From: an uncultured Candidatus Saccharibacteria bacterium
Lineage (GTDB): Bacteria > Patescibacteriota > Minisyncoccia > UBA9983
Assembly (NCBI GenBank): GCA_964438405.1
Contig: CAYTKF010000003.1
Coordinates: 1 to 58,270, forward strand
Direction of reading: 5' to 3'
DNA length: 58,270 nt
In this document: one piece after another, positions 9,667 through 19,190 of the stretch
How the letters are laid out: the number at the start of each line of letters is the position of its first letter
Numbering within the stretch: position 1 is the first letter of the stretch
Translations under genes and position numbers: made by a program
Notes under the pieces: generated by a model
What the model was told of the DNA's origin: nothing
The model's database searches: none
Seen by the model: only the letters and a program-made list of their open reading frames with translations

Positions 9667-10404
9667 ATGGTAGTTAGTTTTTTTGTTTTTATTTTCGGAA
9701 CGATAGTTGGTAGTTTTTTGAATGTCGTTATTTTGCGTTACAATAGCGGTGAATCAATTATTAAAAATAGTTCTAAATGTTTTAGTTGTAGAGAAAGATT
9801 GAAATGGTATGAAATGATTCCGGTTTTAAGTTTTATATTCCAAAGGGGCAGATGCCGGCATTGCAAAAGTAAAATTTCATGGCAGTACCCGATTGTTGAA
9901 TTACTTACTGGTTTAGTTTTTTTATTAATATTTTTAAAATTCCAATTTACGCTCGTTACGAGTTACTACTTTGTAGTTTTCAGTATCTTAATAATTATTT
10001 CTGTTTATGATTTGCGCCACCAGATTATTCCCAATTTATTAGTTTATATTTTCGATATTTTGGCATTTTTAAATTTATTACTAATTACGAATTACGAATT
10101 ACGAATTACGAATTTTTTGGCTGGTTTATGTTTCTTCGCGTTTTTTGCTTTAATCTGGCTTTTGAGTAAGGGCAGGGCAATGGGCTTTGGTGATGCCAAA
10201 TTGGCATTGGGCATAGGCTGGTTTTTGGGTTTAAACAAGGGTATTTTTGCTCTCTTGTTGTCTTTTTGGCTTGGTGCCATTGTGGGTATTTTCCTTTTAA
10301 TTTTCTTTAATAAAAAGTATAATATAAAAAGTAGCATCCCCTTCGGTCCTTTTTTGGCCATGGGAGCTGCGGTTGCATTTTTATGGACAAAAAACTTTTT
10401 TTAA
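9667..10404 (+). CDS. pilD: Prepilin peptidase (A24) PilD
   Basis: GSFLNVVILR, CFSC/CRHC Zn sites, YDLRHQIIP and MGFGDAKL aspartyl motifs, IPFGPFLA. Confidence 0.95.
   Translation: MVVSFFVFIFGTIVGSFLNVVILRYNSGESIIKNSSKCFSCRERLKWYEMIPVLSFIFQRGRCRHCKSKISWQYPIVELLTGLVFLLIFLKFQFTLVTSYYFVVFSILIIISVYDLRHQIIPNLLVYIFDILAFLNLLLITNYELRITNFLAGLCFFAFFALIWLLSKGRAMGFGDAKLALGIGWFLGLNKGIFALLLSFWLGAIVGIFLLIFFNKKYNIKSSIPFGPFLAMGAAVAFLWTKNFF
10083..10114. repeat. Heptamer tandem repeat (AATTACG)x4.6 inside pilD
   Basis: AATTACG AATTACG AATTACG AATTACG AATT, encoding ITNYELRITN. Confidence 0.9.
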
Positions 10405-10760
10405 TATCAGTTATTATAGTTGCTGTTTTTACTGGTATTTATTATTCACCCCTTATAAAAAATAAACAAGGCGATAATACCATTGTTTTAATTTTGGATT
10501 ATGGCAATAATAAGAAACAATCTTTTAAACTATCCACAGAGGAACCATACCGAGTATGGAGTTTGCTTCAGCAGGTGGCAGCCGTCTCAAATACAATTTT
10601 GGTACCGGATAATAATTTTTATCCACAGAAAATAGATAGTCCTGACGGAGATATTGCAAACAAAAATTGGAATTTTTATGTTGATGGAATTAAACAAGAA
10701 AAATCACCGTTTGAAACGATGGTCAGTCCTCCGGCCGAAATTATATTTCGTCTGGAATAA
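10383..10760 (+). CDS. Membrane-anchored protein, DUF4430-like
   Basis: N-terminal TM helix; C-terminal WNFYVDG...SPFETMV resembles the W-x-F-x-VNG motif of DUF4430 (recognised from memory only). Confidence 0.5.
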   Translation: MDKKLFLISVIIVAVFTGIYYSPLIKNKQGDNTIVLILDYGNNKKQSFKLSTEEPYRVWSLLQQVAAVSNTILVPDNNFYPQKIDSPDGDIANKNWNFYVDGIKQEKSPFETMVSPPAEIIFRLE

Positions 10761-11322
10761 AAGGGATTCAAGAAATTCCGCCTTCACTGTTTTAGAACTT
10801 GTAGTCACAACTTCTATTTTAATTTTGATTATGGCTTTTCTCTTTAGTAATTACGCCAGTTTTAGGGAAAACTTATCTATCAAGAGAACCAGCCAGGAGA
10901 TTGCCTTGTCAATAAGACAGGCGCAGGTCTACAGTTTGAGCGTAAAGGAATCATCAGTTGGAAGCAATATTTTTCCCGGATATGGAATTCGTTTCGCGCT
11001 GTCTTCCCCGGATAGCTTTATTCTTTTTGCGGACAAAGCCAATTTAAATTATTATGATGTTGGAAACGGCTGCGGAAGCATGAATACAGAATGTGTTGAA
11101 AATAATAAAATAACAACAGGAGATAAAATTATTGCAATCTGCGGTGGCGCTGACTGCACACTTTCCAGTATGAACATTGTTTTTTTAAGGCCGATTCCAT
11201 TTGTAACTTTGATAACGGATGGAGGAACAATTTATTCTGATGTTTCCATAAGAGTCAGTTCTCCGGGCGGTAAAATAAAAACAATTAAGGTATTATCAAG
11301 CGGCCAAATATCAATAGAATGA
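10654..11322 (+). CDS. Minor pilin (FimT/PilE-like); start uncertain
   Basis: Class III-like signal RNSA|FTVLELVV with hydrophobic helix; all candidate starts overlap the upstream ORF. Confidence 0.75.
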   Translation: MQTKIGIFMLMELNKKNHRLKRWSVLRPKLYFVWNKRDSRNSAFTVLELVVTTSILILIMAFLFSNYASFRENLSIKRTSQEIALSIRQAQVYSLSVKESSVGSNIFPGYGIRFALSSPDSFILFADKANLNYYDVGNGCGSMNTECVENNKITTGDKIIAICGGADCTLSSMNIVFLRPIPFVTLITDGGTIYSDVSIRVSSPGGKIKTIKVLSSGQISIE

Positions 11323-11843
11323 AAAAGTTTTTTTCACAAAAAGGTTTTACTCTTCTTGAAACATTTGTGGCGGTGGCAATATTGGTCATGGTTGTTTCGG
11401 GTCCAGTTTCTTTGGCAATTACCAGTATGGGTCTTGCTTCTGTTTCTCAAAATCAGCTTGTTGCTTCATATTTGGGCCAGGAGGGAGTTGAGATTATAAG
11501 AAATATCCGCGATGGAAATTTTATTAATAATAGAAGCTGGCTTTCTGGATTAGGGCCGTGCTCTAATATTAATAACGGCTGTTATATAGATGTCAATTCT
11601 CTCAATTTCAATGCTATTTCTTGCGGTGTAAAGTGTCCTGTTTTAAAATATGATTCTAATCTAAATGTTCCTTATAACTATTCTTCAGGCCAAGACACGA
11701 TTTTTACAAGAATTATAACAGTAGACCCCGTGCCAGGTAAAACTGATGAGGCAGAGATTAAAGTTACTGTTTCCTGGTCGGAAAAATACCAGGATACTAA
11801 AAGTTTTGTTATTCAGGAAAATATTTTTGACTGGAAACCATGA
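11319..11843 (+). CDS. Minor pilin (PilV-like)
   Basis: QKG|FTLLE signal; ASYLGQEGVEIIRNIRD motif. Confidence 0.85.
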   Translation: MKKFFSQKGFTLLETFVAVAILVMVVSGPVSLAITSMGLASVSQNQLVASYLGQEGVEIIRNIRDGNFINNRSWLSGLGPCSNINNGCYIDVNSLNFNAISCGVKCPVLKYDSNLNVPYNYSSGQDTIFTRIITVDPVPGKTDEAEIKVTVSWSEKYQDTKSFVIQENIFDWKP

Positions 11844-12345
11844 TAAAAATTAAAAAATTAAGCAAGGGTTTTACATTACTGGAAATGATAGTGGCAGTAG
11901 GACTTTTTATTGTGGTGGCCATCATTTCTCTTGGTACTCTTTTGAACATAAGTGATGTTCAAAGAAAAACAGGAGCATTGAGGTCAATAAACGATAATAT
12001 AAATTTTTCTCTTGAGACCATGGTGCGGGAAATAAGATCCGGCAGTAATTACAGCAGTCCCAGCCAAAGCGTTTTCACTATGACCAATAATATAGGAGAA
12101 TCTGTGACATACCGGCTTAATAACAACAGAATAGAGAGGTCAGTCAGTGGCAATCCATATGTTGTCCTTACAGCCCAAGAAGTAACTATTAATAATTTAA
12201 AGTTTATAGTCAGTGGTCAATTGGCCGGAGATTCATTGCAGCCGTCGGTCACAATAAGCATCAATGGTATTGCCGGCTCTGAAAAGGAAAAAACAAAGGC
12301 GATTTTGAAATTACAAACCACTGTCACCCAAAGGAAATTAGATTC

Positions 12346-12349
<4 letters not shown>
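11840..12349 (+). CDS. Minor pilin (PilW/GspJ-like)
   Basis: SKG|FTLLE signal; MVREIRSG motif. Confidence 0.85.
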
Positions 12350-14780
<2,431 letters not shown>

Positions 14781-14790
14781 AATTAAAATC

Positions 14791-14830
14791 AACACTTATT
14801 TGCTATCGCTGATAAGTGTTGGTTTTTTGG
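14791..14830 (+). terminator. Probable intrinsic terminator after ligA
   Basis: AACACTTAT/ATAAGTGTT stem followed by a T-rich tract. Confidence 0.55.
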
Positions 14831-14886
14831 GTTGACTTTATTACTATTATTTGATAATTTTTTATCGGATCATCGGGAGGTGGCCA

Positions 14887-15261
14887 ATGCTTCTTATCTA
14901 TTGCGCAACACCAGCCAGATTGGCGCACAAGAAAAAAGAAATCATGGATTTTGTAACTAGACAAGGATTTGGCCCATTTCATCCTTTCCAGGCGTTTGAG
15001 CTGGAAAGGTTTGAAAACGGACCTATCGGTCGGCAGAAAACTATGGAGTTTTGTTTGCGTGCGATAGATATTTGCGATGAATTTTGGCTGTTCGGGGTTT
15101 CTCCTGGCACCATGATGGAATTGGATTATATTTGTGAAAAAAATTTCGTTTCTGAAAAACCAAAACCGATTAGAAAATTTTTAGACGAATTTGATCCCAA
15201 TTGGAGAAGTCTTATTTCAGTATCATGTGATGTCAATCGGCTCATTTCTTCTTTGAAATGA
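14887..15261 (+). CDS. Hypothetical protein, nucleoside 2-deoxyribosyltransferase-like (DUF4406-like) fold
   Basis: IYCATP, P-F-H-P, CLRAIDICDEFWLFGVSPGTMMEL resemble the NDT-like fold. GGAGG SD at 14876-14880 supports the 14887 start. Confidence 0.55.
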   Translation: MLLIYCATPARLAHKKKEIMDFVTRQGFGPFHPFQAFELERFENGPIGRQKTMEFCLRAIDICDEFWLFGVSPGTMMELDYICEKNFVSEKPKPIRKFLDEFDPNWRSLISVSCDVNRLISSLK

Positions 15262-15274
15262 GCTCTTTTCTTTT
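15240..15274 (+). terminator. Intrinsic terminator
   Basis: GCTCATTTC/GAAATGAGC stem followed by TCTTTTCTTTT. Confidence 0.7.
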
Positions 15275-15316
15275 GAAATTGTTAAATTAATATTTTTCTG
15301 CTAAAATTATAATATT

Positions 15317-15802
15317 ATGGATCTAAAGCAAAAAATACAAGCTGATTTTAAGACGGCATTTAAAGGGAAAGAAGAGGTGAAATTAGGCGTTTTAAAGATG
15401 CTCAATGCAGAAATTCATAATGCTGAAATTGCCAAAAGAACGAAAACTGCCCGCCTTGACTCGGCGAGGCAGGGCAAAGAAGAAACCCTAAATGATGATG
15501 AAATTTTAAGCGTTATTACCCGCGAGATTAAAAAAAGAAAAGACGCGGTTGAACTTTACGAAAAAGGCGGAAGGCAAGAACTTGCGGAAAAAGAAAAAAA
15601 AGAAATAGAAGTGCTTTCCCAATATCTTCCGGAGCAATTACCAGAAGAAGAAGTCAGAAATTTAGTGAAGAAGGCAATTGAGCAAACCGGAGCAAAAGAG
15701 ATAAAAGAAATGGGGAAAGTCATGGCAATAATTGCCCCGCAGGTAAAAGGCAGGGCTGATAATTCTGTTGTCAGTAATATTATAAAGGAATGGTTGACAT
15801 AG
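15317..15802 (+). CDS. yqeY: GatB/YqeY domain protein
   Basis: KKRKDAVELYEKGGR, YLPEQL, MGKVM, VKGRAD motifs; short in-frame insertion at about 15447-15475. Confidence 0.9.
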   Translation: MDLKQKIQADFKTAFKGKEEVKLGVLKMLNAEIHNAEIAKRTKTARLDSARQGKEETLNDDEILSVITREIKKRKDAVELYEKGGRQELAEKEKKEIEVLSQYLPEQLPEEEVRNLVKKAIEQTGAKEIKEMGKVMAIIAPQVKGRADNSVVSNIIKEWLT

Positions 15803-16077
15803 AAAATCTTGCCAATTTGGCAAGGATAAAATTAACTCCCAAATTCAAAGAAGAACTGGAAAAAGAATTCAGGGCGATTTTGGATTATTTTTCGAAATTA
15901 AATGAAGCCGACGTCAGCCAAATAAAAAACGAAGAAATCGGCAATATCACTGGACTTACAAATATCACAAGAGATGACGAACAGCAAAATGAACCTGGAG
16001 AATATTCAAAAATATTATTAAAAGAAGCGCCGGACACAGAAGACGGATATATTAAAGTAAAACATATATTAGAGTGA
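15790..16077 (+). CDS. gatC: Asp/Glu-tRNA amidotransferase subunit C
   Basis: LANLARI, TNITRDD, APDTEDGYIKV; immediately upstream of gatA. Confidence 0.88.
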   Translation: MVDIENLANLARIKLTPKFKEELEKEFRAILDYFSKLNEADVSQIKNEEIGNITGLTNITRDDEQQNEPGEYSKILLKEAPDTEDGYIKVKHILE

Positions 16078-16078
16078 C

Positions 16079-17491
16079 ATGGCTGTAATAAATTTGGGGG
16101 AATTAAATATAAAAAAGGCCAGGGAATTGATTGATAAAAAAGAAATTTCCTGCAGGGAACTGCTCGCGCTTTATCAAAAAAATATCAAAGACAAAAATGA
16201 AAATGTTAACGCATTTCTGGAAGTTTTTGATGATGCAGATGAATTTGCAGAAAGGACTGACAAGGAAATTTTATCAGGCAAAGAATTCAAAGAGCTTGCT
16301 GGTATTCCCATTGCCATTAAAGACAACATTTTAATAAAAGAAAAAATTTGCTCGGCTGGCTCAAAAATTTTGGAAAATTATCACGCAACATACGATGCAA
16401 CTGTCATAAAAAAACTTCGCGATGCAGGAGCAATTTTTATAGGCAGAACAAACATGGACGAATTTGCAATGGGTTGTTCCACTGAGAATTCTAGCTACGG
16501 CCCCACAAAAAATCCCTATGATTTGGAGCGAGTTCCTGGCGGTTCCTCTGGCGGTTCAGCAACGGCAGTTGCAATACAGGGCGCAATTGCTTCTCTTGGT
16601 TCTGATACGGGCGGTTCCATACGCCAGCCAGCAAGTTTCTGCGGAGTTGTGGGATTGAAACCGACTTACGGAACTGTTTCGCGCTATGGTCTCATTGCCA
16701 TGGCTTCGTCTTTTGACCAGATAGGGCCGATTACAAAAAGTGTTGAGGACGCGGAAATAATTTTTAATATTATACGCGGAAAAGATAAAATGGATTCAAC
16801 ATCTGTAGAAAGTCGTCAGTCATCAGTCGTCAGTCGTCAGCTTAAAATCGGTCTTTTAAAATACGATAGAAATGGCGTTGATAAAGAAATTAACGACGCC
16901 ATTGATTCTTCGGTAAAGATCTTAAGAAGACTGGGCTACGAAGTTGCAGAAATTGACATGCCCAATCTTGAGTACGCCCTTGCATGTTATTATATTCTTG
17001 TTCCCGCAGAAATTTCCGCAAACCTGGCTCGTTTTGACGGCGTCCGATACGGGCTTTCTATTAAGGGGGAAAATTTAATGGAAGATTATTTAAAGACAAG
17101 GGCTGAAGGTTTTGGCAAAGAGGTCAAAAGAAGAATAATGCTTGGCACCTATGTTCTTTCTGCCGGATATTACGATCAATATTACGCCAAGGCTCAGAAA
17201 GTCAGGGTTTTAATAAAAAAAGATTTTGAGCGTGCATTTAAAAATTTTGATTTAATCTTGTCGCCGGTTTCTCCGACTCTGCCGTTTAAAATAGGGGAGA
17301 AAGTTGATGACCCACTTAAAATGTATCTGTCAGATATTTTTACCGTTTCCGTAAACCTGGCAGGTTTGCCGGCAATATCAATTCCTTTCTCAAAAAATAT
17401 CGGCGTTCAATTCATTGCGCCGTGGTTTAGAGAAGATGTATTATTTAACATAGGCAAGCAATATGAACAATATAGCGGCGCAAGCGCCTGA
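16079..17491 (+). CDS. gatA: Asp/Glu-tRNA amidotransferase subunit A
   Basis: IAIKDN, RTNMDEFAMG, PGGSSGGSA, GSDTGGSIRQPA amidase signature, RRIMLGTY. Confidence 0.96.
   Translation: MAVINLGELNIKKARELIDKKEISCRELLALYQKNIKDKNENVNAFLEVFDDADEFAERTDKEILSGKEFKELAGIPIAIKDNILIKEKICSAGSKILENYHATYDATVIKKLRDAGAIFIGRTNMDEFAMGCSTENSSYGPTKNPYDLERVPGGSSGGSATAVAIQGAIASLGSDTGGSIRQPASFCGVVGLKPTYGTVSRYGLIAMASSFDQIGPITKSVEDAEIIFNIIRGKDKMDSTSVESRQSSVVSRQLKIGLLKYDRNGVDKEINDAIDSSVKILRRLGYEVAEIDMPNLEYALACYYILVPAEISANLARFDGVRYGLSIKGENLMEDYLKTRAEGFGKEVKRRIMLGTYVLSAGYYDQYYAKAQKVRVLIKKDFERAFKNFDLILSPVSPTLPFKIGEKVDDPLKMYLSDIFTVSVNLAGLPAISIPFSKNIGVQFIAPWFREDVLFNIGKQYEQYSGASA
16811..16840. repeat. Heptamer tandem repeat (AGTCGTC)x4.3 inside gatA
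   Basis: AGTCGTC AGTCATC AGTCGTC AGTCGTC AG, encoding SRQSSVVSRQ. Confidence 0.85.
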
Positions 17492-18047
17492 ACCAAGATT
17501 TCTTAATCTTGAATATATTTTCGCGCATTTTTTTGTGTTGCTATATTATTTAGCATTACAGATTCTTAAATTTGCAGAATGGCTTTCGCATCAAGCGTTG
17601 CTTTCCGTTGTTTTGTCAATAATATTTTTGATCTGCATAATTTTTGTCGTCATTAACATAATGCGCTTGAGGTCGCGAAAGATGACTCATCTTGCCAATT
17701 TTGTCATGCACGAAGATGTTCCCAAAATGCGCGTAAACAAATGGGATGATATTAATAAAAAAATCTCCAGCGAAAATCAGGCTGACTGGAAATCAGCAAT
17801 CATTGAGGTTGACGCGTTGATAGACAGCATAATCCAGAGAATCGGTTACAAAGAAGGGGAGAGCATGACAGAGAGATTGAGAAGTATTGAGCCGAGCGAT
17901 CTGGACAGTTTAAAAGATGTCTGGGAGGCGCACAGAATAAAAATCAAAATAAGTCACGAGGGCGAGGCATTTCAGCTCACGCAAGAAATTGCCAAAGAGA
18001 CAATGGGAAAATACAAAAAAGCACTCAAAGAATTGAAGTATATATAA
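17463..18047 (+). CDS. Membrane-anchored hypothetical protein with a helical HEPN-like C-terminal domain
   Basis: N-terminal TM segments; WKSAIIEVDALID...GESMTERL...WEAHRIKIKISHE. Confidence 0.6.
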   Translation: MNNIAAQAPEPRFLNLEYIFAHFFVLLYYLALQILKFAEWLSHQALLSVVLSIIFLICIIFVVINIMRLRSRKMTHLANFVMHEDVPKMRVNKWDDINKKISSENQADWKSAIIEVDALIDSIIQRIGYKEGESMTERLRSIEPSDLDSLKDVWEAHRIKIKISHEGEAFQLTQEIAKETMGKYKKALKELKYI

Positions 18048-18053
18048 TTTCTG

Positions 18054-18128
18054 CGCAGCCGATGGGATTTGAACCCACGATCTTCCCCGTGACAGGGGGA
18101 CGTGTTAACCGGGCTACACTACGGCTGC
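18054..18128 (-). tRNA. tRNA-Asp(GTC)
   Basis: Acceptor GCAGCCG/CGGCTGC, anticodon arm TCCCC-CTGTCAC-GGGGA, TTCAAAT T-loop. Confidence 0.95.
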
Positions 18129-18131
18129 ATA

Positions 18132-18205
18132 TGTCGGAGGTGGGAGTCGAACCCACGACCTTAGGTTTATGAATCCTACGCTCTAACCATCTGAGCTACT
18201 CCGAC
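18132..18205 (-). tRNA. tRNA with CAT anticodon (elongator Met or Ile2)
   Basis: Acceptor GTCGGAG/CTCCGAC, loop TTCATAA, TTCGACT T-loop. Met versus Ile2 cannot be decided by eye. Confidence 0.88.
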
Positions 18206-18210
18206 AAATT

Positions 18211-18284
18211 TTAAAAGTCCTTTGTTCCCCGTCCGCCATCGCTACGCGAAGCGTTGCGGGCAGATGCCGTTGAACTATACTGGC
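18211..18284 (-). pseudogene. 5'-half tRNA-Lys(TTT) pseudogene with a REP in the D-loop
   Basis: Minus strand: GCCAGTA TA GTTC AACGG [CA-REP-CGGG] GAAC A AAGGA CTTTTAA, then truncated. D-stem GTTC/GAAC and the Lys anticodon loop are intact. Confidence 0.75.
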
Positions 18285-18291
18285 GAACTTG

Positions 18292-18362
18292 TTGCGGGGG
18301 CGGGAATTGCACCCGCGCCTGGGGATTATGAGCCCCCCGACCTACTACTGGTCTACCCCGCT
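18292..18362 (-). tRNA. Initiator tRNA-fMet(CAT)
   Basis: Unpaired 1:72 (A/A), GCGGGG/CCCCGC acceptor, A11:U24, G-run anticodon stem with loop CTCATAA; T-loop TGCAATT. Confidence 0.85.
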
Positions 18363-18429
18363 AAAAAACAAATTAATTATATCAGTCTTGAAAAATAAAG
18401 CAAATAAGATAAAATAAGATAGAGAAATC

Positions 18430-18505
18430 GCCAACGTAGCTCAGGTAGCAGAGCACATTCTTGGTAAGAATGAGGTCCGCAGTGCAAATCTGCGCGTTGG
18501 CTCCA
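18430..18505 (+). tRNA. tRNA-Thr(GGT)
   Basis: Acceptor GCCAACG/CGTTGGC, CATTC-TTGGTAA-GAATG, encoded CCA; T-loop TGCAAAT. Confidence 0.93.
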
Positions 18506-18576
18506 GGGGTTGACTTTTTGGTTGACTTATGTTAATCTTATAAAAAAGGCCAATTTAGGGCTTTTTTGTTTAATTT

Positions 18577-18984
18577 ATGAAGACAAAATATTCGATTAAG
18601 ATTTTGGCCATTAATGTTTTGTTGTCATTAATGACATTGCCTATAATTACTTTTGCCAATGCAAAAGTCGTTCAGGCGCCGGATTTGGAGACAAAAGAAA
18701 TGGTTGTTCATGTCACTGGTTATTCTTCAACTATTGACCAGACCGATGACACGCCGTTTATTGCGGCCAATGGAACGCGTGTTCATGACGGAGTGGTTGC
18801 CGCAAACTTTTTGCCCTTTGGCACAAAAATAAAAATTCCCGAGGTTTATGGCGATAAAGTCTTTACGGTTGAAGACAGAATGAACAAAAGATATAAAGAT
18901 AGAGTTGATATTTGGTTTCCAAATAAAAAGAGTGCCACTTATTTTGGCCATCAGGTTTTAAAAATACAGATTTTAGAAATATAA
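18577..18984 (+). CDS. 3D (Asp-Asp-Asp) domain protein, putative peptidoglycan-active
   Basis: Signal peptide; VTGYSST..QTDDTP..ANG, VAANFLPFGTKI, VEDRM, VDIW. Confidence 0.88.
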   Translation: MKTKYSIKILAINVLLSLMTLPIITFANAKVVQAPDLETKEMVVHVTGYSSTIDQTDDTPFIAANGTRVHDGVVAANFLPFGTKIKIPEVYGDKVFTVEDRMNKRYKDRVDIWFPNKKSATYFGHQVLKIQILEI

Positions 18985-18999
18985 AAGAAAGGGTTCGAA

Positions 19000-19033
19000 A
19001 ACAAAAATCTTGCCCAAAGGCAAGATTTTTGTT
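19000..19033. terminator. Bidirectional intrinsic terminator
   Basis: AACAAAAATCTTGCC-CAAA-GGCAAGATTTTTGTT, a perfect 15-bp stem. Confidence 0.8.
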
Positions 19034-19048
19034 ATTTTATAGATAATT

Positions 19049-19122
19049 GCCGATGTAGCTCAGATGGCCAGAGCAACGCTTTCGTAAAGCGTGGGTCGTC
19101 GGTTCGACTCCGACCATCGGCT
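19049..19122 (+). tRNA. tRNA-Thr(CGT)
   Basis: Acceptor GCCGATG/CATCGGC, ACGCT-TTCGTAA-AGCGT, TTCGACT T-loop. Confidence 0.95.
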
Positions 19123-19125
19123 TTA

Positions 19126-19182
19126 TCCCAATTCCCTGCCCGCCATGCGAGCCGCAAGGCGAGGCAGGCGGGGAATCTGGGA
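19126..19182 (+). repeat. REP-like hairpin (CCTGCC family) extending over the prfB SD
   Basis: TCCCA ATTCCC TGCCCGCC...GGCAGGCGGG GAAT C TGGGA nested stem. Confidence 0.7.
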
Positions 19183-19190
19183 GGTGGCTT

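Noticed and set aside
10619-10627. DnaA box inside the DUF4430-like CDS as a regulatory site
   Set aside because: It lies within coding sequence with no clear downstream promoter and may be chance.
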